47,630 nucleotides of DNA from an archaeon BMS3Bbin15 (lineage in GTDB: Archaea > Hydrothermarchaeota > Hydrothermarchaeia > Hydrothermarchaeales > BMS3B). A program made the position numbers and the translations under genes. The notes beneath the pieces are model-generated. The model saw only the letters and a program-made list of their open reading frames with translations, was not told where the DNA came from and did not search any database. This document shows, one piece after another, positions 34,810-45,274 of this stretch; position 1 is the first letter of the stretch; every line of letters starts with the position of its first letter. The stretch covers positions 1 to 47,630 of the forward strand of contig BDTY01000099.1 in assembly GCA_002897955.1 (NCBI GenBank), read 5' to 3'.

Positions 34810-35487
34810 ATGTCAGAGGAGGAAAAAAAACTTGCTGGAATCGAAGCTGCCAGAGAGGTTGAGGAAGGAGGCTATATTGGTCTGGGAACTGGTTCGACTG
34901 TAAGGTATGCTGTAGAGGAGCTGGGCCGAAGGGTCAGAGAGAACGGCCTTGAGATTAAGTGTATACCAACTTCTGCTGATACAAGGATTCTTGCAATTAA
35001 AAATAAAATTCCTCTCACAACCTTCGAGGAGGTTCATGAGCTTGATATAGCTATAGATGGTGCGGACCAGATTTCGAGTGACTACGCATTGATAAAGGGC
35101 GGCGGCGCAGCTCTCTTCAGGGAGAAGGTTGTTGCTTCAAATTCAAAGAGATTTATTGTTGTTGTTGACAAATCAAAACTATCAGAGTCTCTCGATATTG
35201 CCGTTCCGGTGGAAGTTCTGCCATTCGCCTGGGCTGTCGTTTCTGAAAGGCTTGAAACTCTGGAATGTAAAAAATCTAAATTAAGGTGTGCAACAGGGAA
35301 ATCAGGGCCTCTGCTCACAGATAATGGTAACTATATTCTTGATGCCAGCTTTGGAAGAATTGAATATCCACAGAAGCTTGAGGAGGAGATTAATGATATT
35401 GTCGGAGTTGTGGAAAATGGAATATTCTGTGGCATGGCTTCAAAGATTATAGTGGGTAGAGACGGCAGGATTGAGGTGCTGCAGTGA
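34810..35487 (+). CDS. rpiA: Ribose-5-phosphate isomerase A
   Basis: GLGTGSTV, IDGADQI, LIKGGGAALFREK and VVDKSK motifs; 225 aa. Confidence 0.9.
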   Translation: MSEEEKKLAGIEAAREVEEGGYIGLGTGSTVRYAVEELGRRVRENGLEIKCIPTSADTRILAIKNKIPLTTFEEVHELDIAIDGADQISSDYALIKGGGAALFREKVVASNSKRFIVVVDKSKLSESLDIAVPVEVLPFAWAVVSERLETLECKKSKLRCATGKSGPLLTDNGNYILDASFGRIEYPQKLEEEINDIVGVVENGIFCGMASKIIVGRDGRIEVLQ

Positions 35488-36515
35488 TTAACAGGGTTCT
35501 TCAGGCTCTTCAGGAACCAGAGAGTTATGATGAGGATGTAAAGGAGATAAAACTAATCCAGACACATATCTCATTTGTGTTCCTCACAGGAGACTATGTA
35601 TATAAAATTAAAAAGCCTGTGAATTTTGGATTTCTTGACTTTACATCTCTTGAAAAAAGGAAGTTTTACTGCGAGGAGGAGATGAGGGTTAATAAAGCTA
35701 TTGCCGGAGAGATATATCTCGGGGTTATGCCTATTGTCGAGACTTCCGAAGGCAGGATAAAGGTTAATGACACGGGCAGGGTTGTTGAGTATGCTGTCAA
35801 AATGATTCAGCTTCCTCAGTCTGCAATAATGAGCAATCTTCTGAAGGAAAATAACGTATATAAAAAAGATGTTGTTGAGATAGCAAAACTGGTGGCTGAC
35901 TTTCACTCAACAGCTAACAGAGGCGAGGAGATTAGTAAATATGGCAGTTATGAACAGATTATGGCAAACTGGACTCAGAATTTTGAGCAGACGGAGAATC
36001 TTACTGGAGAGTATCTGGATAAAGAAAAATATCTGGAGCTTAAGGACAGAGTTATAAATTTCATGGATAGCAACAGAGAACTTTTTGAAAGAAGGGTCAG
36101 AGAGGGTAAAATAAGGGAATGTCACGGTGACCTTCACAGCGGTAATATCTTTATTGTGAGAAGGCCAGGAAAGCTCTATAAACCTGGAATTTACATCTTT
36201 GATGCCATAGAGTTTTTCAAAGGCTTTAGCTGCAGTGATATTCTTGCAGATATCGCCTTTTTATCAATGGACCTTGAATTTAATGGCAGAGATTATCTTG
36301 ATAAATCCTTTGTTGATGCATATTTTAAGTTTTCTGATGAGGAAAAGCTGGAGAACCTTCTGGATTTCTATAAGTGTTACAGGGCCTTTGTGAGAATGAA
36401 AGTCACAGGCTTTATGCTCTTTGACGAGAATGTCGACGAAGAGGAGAAGATAAAAATAAGAGGGCTGGTTAAGAAGTATTTCGAGCTGGCAGGGAAGTAT
36501 GCTACTCTGCTATGA
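35484..36515 (+). CDS. Protein-kinase-like / aminoglycoside-phosphotransferase-fold protein (APH half of COG2187-type proteins)
   Basis: IQTHISFVFLTGDYVYKIKKPVNFGFLDFTSLEKRKFYCEEE at the N-terminus. Catalytic loop is ECHGDLHSGNIF, followed by IFDAIEF. Confidence 0.65.
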   Translation: MINRVLQALQEPESYDEDVKEIKLIQTHISFVFLTGDYVYKIKKPVNFGFLDFTSLEKRKFYCEEEMRVNKAIAGEIYLGVMPIVETSEGRIKVNDTGRVVEYAVKMIQLPQSAIMSNLLKENNVYKKDVVEIAKLVADFHSTANRGEEISKYGSYEQIMANWTQNFEQTENLTGEYLDKEKYLELKDRVINFMDSNRELFERRVREGKIRECHGDLHSGNIFIVRRPGKLYKPGIYIFDAIEFFKGFSCSDILADIAFLSMDLEFNGRDYLDKSFVDAYFKFSDEEKLENLLDFYKCYRAFVRMKVTGFMLFDENVDEEEKIKIRGLVKKYFELAGKYATLL

Positions 36516-36535
36516 AATGTGTATCTTTCTATAAT

Positions 36536-37033
36536 TTAATAAGGAATTCTTTTCATAATTTCTCTGATATTTTCTCTGACACTTCCTGAGGTATCCAGCA
36601 CTACATGGGCCCTTCGAATCGGTTCGAACTCTTTTTCAATCTTTTTGTAAACCTCAAAGTCAGCATCGCTCAGAGAGTTTCTCATTTTCCTTCTCTCCAT
36701 CCTCTCACGTATTACAGCCTCAGGGGCAGAACATTCAATCACAAAAACCTTTGTTCCTGTATTTCTTCCGACTTCATAAACCTTTTGCCTCAAATCCCTC
36801 TTATAAAAGGTTCCATCCAGAATAACAGTCATCCCTCCCTTTGCAAGATATTCTGCAATTAAAAAGGTAACCTTATAAACCAGAAGCTTCTCTTCATTAC
36901 TATAGGTCGGATTATCAAAAAGCTGCTTTCTGATTAAATCGGTTCTAAGCACTGTAGCTTTGAACTTTTTTGCCAGGGTCGTCGCTATAGTGCTCTTCCC
37001 TGAGGCAGGCAAACCTGCGATTAAAATCATCAT
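36536..37033 (-). CDS. P-loop kinase (AAA_33 / COG0645-like)
   Basis: Walker A MILIAGLPASGKST; 165 aa. Convergent with the APH-like gene, with 20 nt between the stops. Confidence 0.7.
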   Translation of the reverse strand: MMILIAGLPASGKSTIATTLAKKFKATVLRTDLIRKQLFDNPTYSNEEKLLVYKVTFLIAEYLAKGGMTVILDGTFYKRDLRQKVYEVGRNTGTKVFVIECSAPEAVIRERMERRKMRNSLSDADFEVYKKIEKEFEPIRRAHVVLDTSGSVRENIREIMKRIPY

Positions 37034-37172
37034 AATATTAACTCAGCCTTAAAATATTAATAGCTTATCCTCCAGTAATTTTCACCTTCTATGAATTATA
37101 ACTTCTATGCGCTCTGCCTCGCTGAGAATAATATCGGAAAACTTAAAATAATAGCATGGAGCAGTTATACCT

Positions 37173-37820
37173 ATGAATTTTGATATGCATCTCCACAGTA
37201 TTTTTTCAGATGGAGAGCTCCTACCCAGTGAGATAGCAAGGCGTTATGCAGAAAAGGGCTTTGAAGCCATAGCCATAACTGACCATGCTGACGGAAGTAA
37301 TATGGAATTTATTCTAAAACACCTTCTCAGAGCAAAAGGAGAGCTTCAGGGACATGGCATAAAAGTTCTAATCGGGATAGAACTTACCCACCTTCCACCT
37401 GACCTGATTCCAGGGTTTGCTGTTAAGGCAAAGAAGCTTGGTGCAGAGGTTGTTGTTGTCCACGGAGAAACTATTGTCGAACCTGTAGCCAGAGGCACAA
37501 ATAGCGCAGGGGTTTCAACACCCGAGGTGGATATTCTTTCTCATCCGGGCTTAATAACCGTGGAAGAGGCAGAACTCGCCAGAGAAAATGGAATTTTTCT
37601 CGAGCTCTCAGCAAGGAAGGGGCACTGCCTTGCCAATGGGCATGTCGCAAGGGTTGCCGAGGAAGTTAAAGGAGAACTGCTGGTGAATACTGATTCCCAT
37701 GCCCCGGAGGACATAATTTCACCAGAGAATATACTTAATGTAGCTTTAGCTTCAGGTTTGAGCGATAAATATTCCAGAATAATTACTGCTGTTAATCCAA
37801 AAAGATTAATAGTTGATTAG
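37173..37820 (+). CDS. PHP-domain protein (histidinol-phosphatase-like fold)
   Basis: FDMHLHSIFSDG, IAITDHAD, VVHGE and NTDSHAPED motifs; 215 aa. Located upstream of gar1-tfb. Confidence 0.7.
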   Translation: MNFDMHLHSIFSDGELLPSEIARRYAEKGFEAIAITDHADGSNMEFILKHLLRAKGELQGHGIKVLIGIELTHLPPDLIPGFAVKAKKLGAEVVVVHGETIVEPVARGTNSAGVSTPEVDILSHPGLITVEEAELARENGIFLELSARKGHCLANGHVARVAEEVKGELLVNTDSHAPEDIISPENILNVALASGLSDKYSRIITAVNPKRLIVD

Positions 37821-37830
37821 GAGGGTTATT

Positions 37831-38103
37831 ATGCAGCCTCTGGGTGAATTCATTCATATCAGTGGTACAGGCACATTAATTTTCAGGGGAAAAAGTTATC
37901 CACCTATGTCCAGCAATGTCATCACAAAGACCGGTATTATAATTGGTAAGGTTGTTGATGTCATAGGCCCTGTTTCATACCCCTACTTTGTTATAAGGCC
38001 TGAAATTAAGCTTACTGAGAGGCTTGTGAGCGAAATAAAATCCTATGGATTATTTATATTAAAAGATAAAAGGAGGAGTTCAGCTGGGAGGAACGAATCT
38101 TGA
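37831..38103 (+). CDS. gar1: H/ACA RNP component Gar1
   Basis: ATG 37831 follows [27 protein letters not shown]......V......[20 protein letters not shown] matches the Gar1 barrel. Confidence 0.75.
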   Translation: MQPLGEFIHISGTGTLIFRGKSYPPMSSNVITKTGIIIGKVVDVIGPVSYPYFVIRPEIKLTERLVSEIKSYGLFILKDKRRSSAGRNES

Positions 38104-39007
38104 TGAATGCCCTGAGTGTGGGAGCCGGAGTCTATCTCATGATACAGAGAGGGCTGAAGTAGTATGCAATGGGTGCGGACTTGTTGTTAGTGAGGCACTG
38201 TTAGACAATGGGCCTGACTGGCGGGCTTTTGACAATGAACAGATGAATAAGAGAAGTCATACAGGTGCACCTCTAACTTATACTCTCCATGACCTTGGTA
38301 TGAGTACTGTTATAGACTGGCGCAACAAGGATGCATCGGGCAGAGAAATTTCTTCAGCCAGTAAAGCTCAGATGTACCGTCTCAGGAAGTGGCAGCAGCG
38401 TATAAGGGTTAGCAATTCATTGGAGAGAAACCTTGCCCGGGCACTAACTGAAATGGATGCCCTCTCTTCTCGCCTTGACCTGCCAAAAAATGTAAGGGAA
38501 ATGGCAGCCAAAATTTACAGGAGGGCTGTTGAAAAAGGACTTACAAGGGGCAGGAGTATAGAAGGAGTAAGTGCCGCATCAATATACTTTGCCTGCAGAC
38601 AGTACGGTGTGCCGAGAACTCTTGACGAAATTTCAGATACAGCAAGACTAAATAGAAAGGAAATAGGAAAGACATACAGGTTTGTTGCAAGAGAACTGGG
38701 CCTTAACCCAAGACCTTCTTCACCTCTTGATTATATTGAAAGATTCGGAAGTGAGCTGAGGTTAAGTGGAGAGGTAAGAAGTAAAGCCAGAGAGATAGTA
38801 ATTCAGGCAATAAAGCAAATGGGGGTTACATCAGGCAGAGGGCCGACTGGAATATGTGCTGCAGCCCTGTACATTGCTTCCGTAATTCTCGGAGAAAGAA
38901 AAACTCAGAAAGAAGTGGCTCATGTGACAGGCGTAACTGAAGTAACAATCCGCAACAGATATAAAGAGATGGTTGAAAAGCTCAATCTTGATGTTGCAAT
39001 TCAATAA
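38084..39007 (+). CDS. tfb: Transcription initiation factor IIB (TFB); start codon unresolved
   Basis: Zn-ribbon CPECGS...[10 protein letters not shown]-reader GPDWRAF, and two cyclin-fold repeats ([35 protein letters not shown]). The frame is open from 38063 but has no ATG/GTG/TTG before the ribbon. CTG 38084 sits 7 nt after GGAGG. The ORF-track Met 38243 would delete the Zn ribbon. Confidence 0.85.
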   Translation: MGGTNLDECPECGSRSLSHDTERAEVVCNGCGLVVSEALLDNGPDWRAFDNEQMNKRSHTGAPLTYTLHDLGMSTVIDWRNKDASGREISSASKAQMYRLRKWQQRIRVSNSLERNLARALTEMDALSSRLDLPKNVREMAAKIYRRAVEKGLTRGRSIEGVSAASIYFACRQYGVPRTLDEISDTARLNRKEIGKTYRFVARELGLNPRPSSPLDYIERFGSELRLSGEVRSKAREIVIQAIKQMGVTSGRGPTGICAAALYIASVILGERKTQKEVAHVTGVTEVTIRNRYKEMVEKLNLDVAIQ

Positions 39008-39012
39008 TCTTT

Positions 39013-40365
39013 CTAAATTATAAAAATCTCCACATAGAGGAACAATCCAGATATAAAGATAGATATAAATGTGAGAGGAGCACCGTATTTAAAAAACTCC
39101 TTAAAAGATATTGGATGTCCCATTCGTTCGCTTACACCAGCCACAACTATATTGGCTGAAGCACCAATCAGTGTTCCATTTCCTCCAAGGCATGCACCAA
39201 GGGCGAGTGCCCACCAGAGAGGGTTTGTATTGAGATGTGCAATCTGCGAGACAAGTGCAGGACTGGAACTCATACTTTTAACCAGCGGCACCATTGCGAC
39301 TGTGAAGGGTATATTATCCACTATTGCACTTATTATAGCAGAGGTCCAGAGTATCACAAACATTGCAACAATAAGATTGCCGTGAGTCATATTTACAGCA
39401 ATACTTGCAGCTTTCTGTATCAGGCCAGCCTCTTCCACTCCCTTGACTATTATAAATATACCAGCAAAAAATAGAAGAACACTCCACTCCACCTGATGAA
39501 GTGCCTTATCAGGATGCTGGCGGGTAAGAATCAGTAGCAGGGCTGCACCGAGAAGAGCAACTGTGGAAGGCTGGAGATGCAACCAGGAATGAAGAAAAAA
39601 TAGGATAATAACAAGAAAAATGACAGAAAGGGATTTTTTCAGAAGCCTGTAGTCTTTAATCATATCCCATTCGTTCATATTCAGAATATCTTTAATGTTT
39701 TCAGGTTTTTTTGATAGTTGCTCTCTGAATGCATATTTGAGAAACACGAGCGAGAATATAAGCACAAAAAAGATAATGGGGGTGAGATGTATAATAAATT
39801 CATTGAAGCTCAGTCCTGCACCACTGCTGATTATCATATTTGGCGGGTCGCCTATGAGGGTGGCCGTTCCTCCTATATTCGAGGCAAATATCTCAGATAT
39901 CAGAAAGGGAACAGGGTCCATATCCAGTTTCTTTGCTATACTTATGGTTATAGGGGCCATAAGCAAAACTGTTGTAACATTATCCAGAAAGGCAGAGATA
40001 ATAGCTGTGATAATTGCAAATAAAAGTATAATCTTTACAGGGTCGCCCTTTGAGAGCTTGGCAGTTTTTACTGCAATAAACTCAAATATACCAGTGTCTT
40101 TAAGTATCCCAACAATAATCATCATTCCGAGAAGAAGACCTATGGTATTCCAGTCCACAGCTTCAGCCACAAAACTTGAGCCTGTTGGATATATACTTCT
40201 GTTAATAAGCCCGAAGCTGGGGCCCAGAGCAATTATAAGAACTCCACCTGCGAGGGCAACAACAGTACGGTGAATCTTTTCTGAAATAATTAAAGCATAG
40301 GATATTATAAGAACCGCGGCTGCAAATATCTGGGCTGGATCCATATTCCTCAGTCTCCATAACAC
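39013..40365 (-). CDS. ArsB/NhaD-superfamily ion transporter (CitMHS/P-protein-like permease)
   Basis: 450 aa, multi-TM. FLDNVTTVLLMAPITISIAKKL and IGGTATLIGDPPNMII motifs, with the symmetric second half NIPFTVAMVPL...GGNGTLIGASAN. Confidence 0.75.
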   Translation of the reverse strand: MLWRLRNMDPAQIFAAAVLIISYALIISEKIHRTVVALAGGVLIIALGPSFGLINRSIYPTGSSFVAEAVDWNTIGLLLGMMIIVGILKDTGIFEFIAVKTAKLSKGDPVKIILLFAIITAIISAFLDNVTTVLLMAPITISIAKKLDMDPVPFLISEIFASNIGGTATLIGDPPNMIISSGAGLSFNEFIIHLTPIIFFVLIFSLVFLKYAFREQLSKKPENIKDILNMNEWDMIKDYRLLKKSLSVIFLVIILFFLHSWLHLQPSTVALLGAALLLILTRQHPDKALHQVEWSVLLFFAGIFIIVKGVEEAGLIQKAASIAVNMTHGNLIVAMFVILWTSAIISAIVDNIPFTVAMVPLVKSMSSSPALVSQIAHLNTNPLWWALALGACLGGNGTLIGASANIVVAGVSERMGHPISFKEFFKYGAPLTFISIFISGLFLYVEIFII

Positions 40366-40431
40366 TAATATTTAGAAGATTATATATTTGTTTGGTATTA
40401 TTTATGTTTTTCAAAGATACTTCAGAACTTT

Positions 40432-40938
40432 ATGGTTATCCCGTCATATAATATAAAAAGAAAGGTAATGAAAATGAGATTCTACACCCATATTGCAGCA
40501 GCTATTATATTTTACGTTATAACTTTCAGATTTTTAGGTTTACATTTGAGTTTAACTCTGGCAGGAGTTTCTCTTATTGCCTCTCTCCTGCCCGATATAG
40601 ACACACCAAGGTCCATCAGTGGTAGAATGTTTCACCCATTATCTTCTATATTAAAAGCAGTTTTTGGACATAGAGGGATTACCCATTCCATTCTTTCCCT
40701 GTTTTTACTCACTGCTTTATTATTCAAATACTCAGATATACAGTTTTCTATTTCATTCTTTACAGGTTATTCAAGCCATATAATACTTGATATGCTTGGT
40801 GGGGGAGTAAGACTATTGTATCCTTACAGGAAAAAATACAGACTGACTGGAAAAAGAATAAAAAAAGGAGAAGAACCAGTCTTTGCTTTCCTTTTATTCC
40901 TACTTGCCTTTATACTTATAAAAACCATCACTCCTTGA
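40432..40938 (+). CDS. Membrane-bound metal-dependent hydrolase (DUF457/YdjM-like)
   Basis: YTHIAAA..., LLPDIDTPRS, HRGITHS and SHIILDML motifs. The probable start is at the internal Mets (MKMRFYTH). Confidence 0.65.
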   Translation: MVIPSYNIKRKVMKMRFYTHIAAAIIFYVITFRFLGLHLSLTLAGVSLIASLLPDIDTPRSISGRMFHPLSSILKAVFGHRGITHSILSLFLLTALLFKYSDIQFSISFFTGYSSHIILDMLGGGVRLLYPYRKKYRLTGKRIKKGEEPVFAFLLFLLAFILIKTITP

Positions 40939-41863
40939 ACAGGGCTGAAAGTTCCTTTTCTCTCTCTTCAGCAAGACTGTTAATTACTTTCTCTATATTT
41001 TCAACCATCTTATCAAAGGCTTCCTTTGTTGCGCCTTCGCCGGATGTTATAAAGGGTTCACCAGAGTCACTGGCCTCAGCAACTGCCTGGTCGATTGGTA
41101 TCCTGCCGAGAAGAGGTACCTTCAACTCCTCTGCAGCCCTTTCGCCACCGCCCCGCTTGAAAATATATGTGATTTCGCCGCAGTGGGGACAGACAAAACC
41201 GCTCATATTCTCGATTATACCAATAATAGGCACCCTCATAATCTTTGCCATATCCACACTTCTTCGTGTATCCAGAACAGCAACCTCCTGAGGTGTTGTA
41301 ACTGTTATTATTCCATCCATCTCTGGAAGAAGCTGCATTATGCTCAGAGCTTCATCTCCTGTGCCTGGAGGAAGGTCAATTAGAATATAATCAAGCTCGC
41401 CCCACACAATATCAGTCAGAAATTGCTCTATTACTCCCATTATAACGGGCCCTCTCCATATAATTGCCTCATCCTGAGGGGCAAGAAATGCCATGGAAAT
41501 AACCTTTATACCATCCTTTTCAGGCGGGAACAACCCTGCAGGTGTGGAGTAGAGTTCCGGATTTTCAACACCCATCATTTTTGCAACATTCGGAGCTGTT
41601 ACATCAGCATCAAGAATACCAACTCTATGACCCTTATTTGCCAGAGCCTTTGCAAGATTAACAGTTACAGTTGTTTTTCCCACACCACCTTTACCAGACA
41701 TTACAGCTATTTTATGCTTTATATGCTTCATTCTCCCCTTTGTAGCCTGAACCTGCTCATCAAATAGAGCATCAGCATCCACAGGGGCATCTGAGGAACA
41801 GCTTGAACATTCACTATCCTCTTCGCCTGTTGAACATGTACCTGTACCGCATGTATGACCCAT
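40928..41863 (-). CDS. Mrp/NBP35/ApbC-family Fe-S cluster carrier ATPase
   Basis: Deviant Walker A AVMSGKGGVGKTT, DLPPGTGD and CPHCG motifs. The N-terminus is Cys-rich (MGHTCGTGTCSTGEEDSECSSCSS). Confidence 0.85.
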   Translation of the reverse strand: MGHTCGTGTCSTGEEDSECSSCSSDAPVDADALFDEQVQATKGRMKHIKHKIAVMSGKGGVGKTTVTVNLAKALANKGHRVGILDADVTAPNVAKMMGVENPELYSTPAGLFPPEKDGIKVISMAFLAPQDEAIIWRGPVIMGVIEQFLTDIVWGELDYILIDLPPGTGDEALSIMQLLPEMDGIITVTTPQEVAVLDTRRSVDMAKIMRVPIIGIIENMSGFVCPHCGEITYIFKRGGGERAAEELKVPLLGRIPIDQAVAEASDSGEPFITSGEGATKEAFDKMVENIEKVINSLAEEREKELSALFKE

Positions 41864-42065
41864 ATTTAAATCCTCCTTTTTTTTACTTTCAGTTATAATA
41901 TTCCCAGAGTAAAAGATTATAAAATAACCCGATATGCAACTTAAAAGGGTTTACAGGTTAAGTATGGTAATTAATTGCCATTTCGATTAGAATGAAACCA
42001 GAGGAAAACTGCCCCGGACAACAGATAAACGTAAAATTTATATGTTCTTTCGTTCTTATATATAA

Positions 42066-42515
42066 TTGGTGATAGAGATGTGGAGGGACACTTTTGAGGA
42101 ACTCAGAAATATGGAAAGAAGAATTAACCAGCTTTTTGAGGAACTCTTGGGAGAGAGGATTGGACTACCAGCTACTCCTGCAAAGCTGGGTGTGAGAGAA
42201 CCGTATGCCGACATAATGGAAACTGACAGAGAAGTTAAAGTGACTATCGAGATACCGGGTGTGGATAAGAAGGACATAAATATAAATGCAACAAAAAATA
42301 GTCTTGAAGTCAGTGCCGAGATGAAAAAAGAGGAGGAAGAAGAAAAGGAGGGATATGTGAGGAGAGAGAGGAGATACAACAAGTACTACAGAGCTTTCGC
42401 ACTGCCTGAAGAGGTGGAACCAACCAAAGCTAAAACAACATTCAAAAATGGGATACTGCAGATTGTACTACCAAAGAAAAGGATTGAAAAGAGAACCACC
42501 ATAAAAGTTGAGTAG
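42066..42515 (+). CDS. hsp20: Small heat-shock protein (Hsp20 / alpha-crystallin)
   Basis: PYADIMETDREVKVTIEIPGVDKKDINI......LEVSAE....E....Y.RRER.YNKYYRAFALPEEV......TFKNGILQIVLPK. The probable start is ATG 42078. Confidence 0.85.
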   Translation: MVIEMWRDTFEELRNMERRINQLFEELLGERIGLPATPAKLGVREPYADIMETDREVKVTIEIPGVDKKDININATKNSLEVSAEMKKEEEEEKEGYVRRERRYNKYYRAFALPEEVEPTKAKTTFKNGILQIVLPKKRIEKRTTIKVE

Positions 42516-42670
42516 GTAGGCTTTTTCCTTTTAAAAAATTTTATATTTTTTATTTTTAGAAAATTTCAGAGAATGGAGTAGGGCTTCTGAAGTAATGGAT
42601 TTCAGAAATTATTCATCAGGGTAAAACATTTAAATAACATAAAGTTAGTAAAATAAAAGGAGGTTATTAC

Positions 42671-42934
42671 ATGGATAAACAAATACTTATTGAGCTCTTT
42701 ACTTCTCCGACATGTCCGTACTGTCCAAAAGCAAAGGAGATTTCTGAGAGAATAGTCAAAGAGCTTCCAAATGCCCTTCTCATAGAAAGAGATGTCACTG
42801 TAAATGAGAATGCTGAAATAGCAAGAAAATACAGTATACAGGGTGTGCCTACAATGATAATAAACGGTGCTTACAGAATTGTTGGTGTGCCCAGCTCTGA
42901 AATAAAAGTTATAAACTATCTGAAACAGATATAA
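42671..42934 (+). CDS. Thioredoxin/glutaredoxin-like small redox protein
   Basis: 87 aa with a CPYC active site (FTSPTCPYCPKA) and a cis-Pro region GVPTMII. Confidence 0.7.
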   Translation: MDKQILIELFTSPTCPYCPKAKEISERIVKELPNALLIERDVTVNENAEIARKYSIQGVPTMIINGAYRIVGVPSSEIKVINYLKQI

Positions 42935-42954
42935 ATATAGGAGAGGCGGTATAA

Positions 42955-45150
42955 ATGAAAGACTTAGAACTGAAAGTGGCAGAAGCCAGGTCTAACGATG
43001 TTGGGAGAGGCATAGCAAGAATTGACCCTCTCGTTATGGATAAACTGGGAATAACAACTGGTGATGTCGTTCAGATTACAGGTAAAAAAAGTACTGTTGC
43101 AATATGCTGGCCAGGTTATCCTGAAGATGAGGGTTTCGGGATAATCAGAATTGACGGGTTCGCAAGAAGGAATGCAGGCATAGGTATTGACGACAAAGTA
43201 AGGATAAAGAAAATAGAGCCAAAAATCGCCACAAAGGTTAAGCTTGCTCCAACTGAGCCGCTGAGAATAGTGGGCGGTGAAACATATCTAAAATCATATC
43301 TTGAGAACAGAGCTATAGCCAGGGGCGACATTATTGATTTAAATATAATGGGAAGGAAGATTGGCCTGGTAGCTGTAGCAATCCAGCCCCGTGCTGATGC
43401 AGTGATAATAAACTATTCAACAGAGATTGAAATAAGTGAAAAACCTGCAGGTGAGATTAAAGAGTCAAAAATTCCCAGAGTTGCTTATGAAGATATAGGC
43501 GGCCTCAGAGAGGAAATAAGAAAAGTCAGAGAAATGATAGAGCTTCCTCTCAAATATCCTGAGGTTTTTGAGCGCCTCGGTGTGGAAGCTCCCAAGGGTG
43601 TGCTCCTTTATGGCCCACCAGGCACAGGCAAAACACTCCTTGCCAGAGCAGTCGCAAATGAGACAGATGCCGACTTCCACAGTATATCCGGCCCGGAAAT
43701 AATGAGCAAATTTTACGGGGAAAGTGAGGAGAACCTCAGGAAGGTATTCGAGGAAGCAAAGGAGAATGCTCCAAGTATAATTTTCATTGATGAACTGGAT
43801 GCAATAGCTCCTAAAAGAGAGGAGGTAACTGGCGAGGTTGAGCGCAGAGTTGTTGCCCAGCTTCTCTCACTTATGGATGGCCTTGAAAGCAGAGGAGAAG
43901 TTGTTGTCATAGGTGCAACAAACAGGCCTGATGCCATAGACCCTGCTCTGAGAAGACCCGGCAGGTTTGACAGGGAGATAGTAATAGGCGTGCCTGACAG
44001 AAATGCAAGAAAGGAAATTCTGCAGATTCACACAAGAGGTATGCCCCTTCCAGAGGACGAAGAAGAGAAAACAAAAATAATAGAACACTTTGCTAACAAG
44101 ACCCATGGCTTTGTTGGTGCAGATTTAGAGGCACTCTGTAAAGAGGCTGCCATGCGCTCTCTCAGAAGAATACTCCCTGAGATAGACTTTGAGCTTGAAA
44201 CAATACCTGCTGACATACTTGAAAAGATTCAGGTCGGCTATAATGACTTTCAGGAAGCTTTCATGGACATAGAACCCAGTGCCATGCGTGAAGTTCTTGT
44301 TGAAGTGCCTGATGTAAACTGGAGTGATATAGGTGGTCTTGATGATGCAAAACAGGAACTCAAGGAAGCTGTTGAGTGGCCTCTTAAGTATCCCGAGATT
44401 TTTGAATACATGGATGCCAGCCCTCCAAATGGTATTCTCCTCTTTGGCCCACCAGGTACAGGTAAAACAATGCTTGCGAAAGCAGTGGCAAATGAGAGTG
44501 AAGCCAACTTTATAAGTGTTAAAGGTCCGGAGTTTCTGAGCAAGTGGGTTGGAGAGAGCGAAAAAGCAGTACGAGAGACATTCAAAAAGGCGAGGCAGGC
44601 CGCACCCTGTGTTGTATTCATGGATGAGATAGACTCAATAGTTCCTGCAAGAGGGGCTGGTTTGGGCTCTCATGTAACAGAAAGGGTTGTGAGTCAGATT
44701 CTGACTGAACTGGACGGTCTTGAAGAGCTTCGTGGTGTTGTTGTTATAGGTGCAACAAATAGGCCTGACATTATAGACCCGGCTCTTCTCAGACCAGGTA
44801 GATTCGACAGGCTTGTGTATATACCCCCACCAGATAAAAAAGCCAGATTGGAAATATTTAAACTCCATACAAAAAATAAACCTCTTGCAGAAGATGTGAA
44901 CTTTGAAGAGATGGTAGAGAACACAGAAGGCTATACCGGTGCTGATATAGCATCAGTATGCAACGAGGCTGTTATGCTGGCTATAAGGGAATTTATTAAA
45001 GAAGGAAAGACTCTTGAAAAGGAAACTGTAAAGAAGCAGCTAATGCTCCACAAGAAACACTTCGAATCTGCAATCAAGAAGATAAGAAGTATCAGCAAGG
45101 AAGAACTCAGGAGTTATGAAGAAGTTGCAAAGAAGTTCCATGAGGCATGA
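42955..45150 (+). CDS. cdc48: Cdc48/VCP/VAT-type AAA+ ATPase (paralog 1)
   Basis: N-domain [19 protein letters not shown]. Two AAA modules, each with GPPGTGKT and DELD/DEID Walker B. 731 aa. Confidence 0.9.
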   Translation: MKDLELKVAEARSNDVGRGIARIDPLVMDKLGITTGDVVQITGKKSTVAICWPGYPEDEGFGIIRIDGFARRNAGIGIDDKVRIKKIEPKIATKVKLAPTEPLRIVGGETYLKSYLENRAIARGDIIDLNIMGRKIGLVAVAIQPRADAVIINYSTEIEISEKPAGEIKESKIPRVAYEDIGGLREEIRKVREMIELPLKYPEVFERLGVEAPKGVLLYGPPGTGKTLLARAVANETDADFHSISGPEIMSKFYGESEENLRKVFEEAKENAPSIIFIDELDAIAPKREEVTGEVERRVVAQLLSLMDGLESRGEVVVIGATNRPDAIDPALRRPGRFDREIVIGVPDRNARKEILQIHTRGMPLPEDEEEKTKIIEHFANKTHGFVGADLEALCKEAAMRSLRRILPEIDFELETIPADILEKIQVGYNDFQEAFMDIEPSAMREVLVEVPDVNWSDIGGLDDAKQELKEAVEWPLKYPEIFEYMDASPPNGILLFGPPGTGKTMLAKAVANESEANFISVKGPEFLSKWVGESEKAVRETFKKARQAAPCVVFMDEIDSIVPARGAGLGSHVTERVVSQILTELDGLEELRGVVVIGATNRPDIIDPALLRPGRFDRLVYIPPPDKKARLEIFKLHTKNKPLAEDVNFEEMVENTEGYTGADIASVCNEAVMLAIREFIKEGKTLEKETVKKQLMLHKKHFESAIKKIRSISKEELRSYEEVAKKFHEA

Positions 45151-45151
45151 T

Positions 45152-45174
45152 GAGGGTGTATTCCACCCTTTTTT
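45152..45174 (+). terminator. Hairpin plus T-run after cdc48 paralog 1
   Basis: AGGGTG (45153-45158) pairs with CACCCT (45164-45169) across a 5-nt loop and is followed by TTTTTT. It starts 2 nt after the stop codon. Confidence 0.4.
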
Positions 45175-45274
45175 AAATTTTTACCAGTAACTTCAAATAT
45201 ACCGAAGTCTTATTTATAAACGAAATAAATTTATATTTATGGGTCATAATACTTATCAATCGAAGGTGTGAGGA

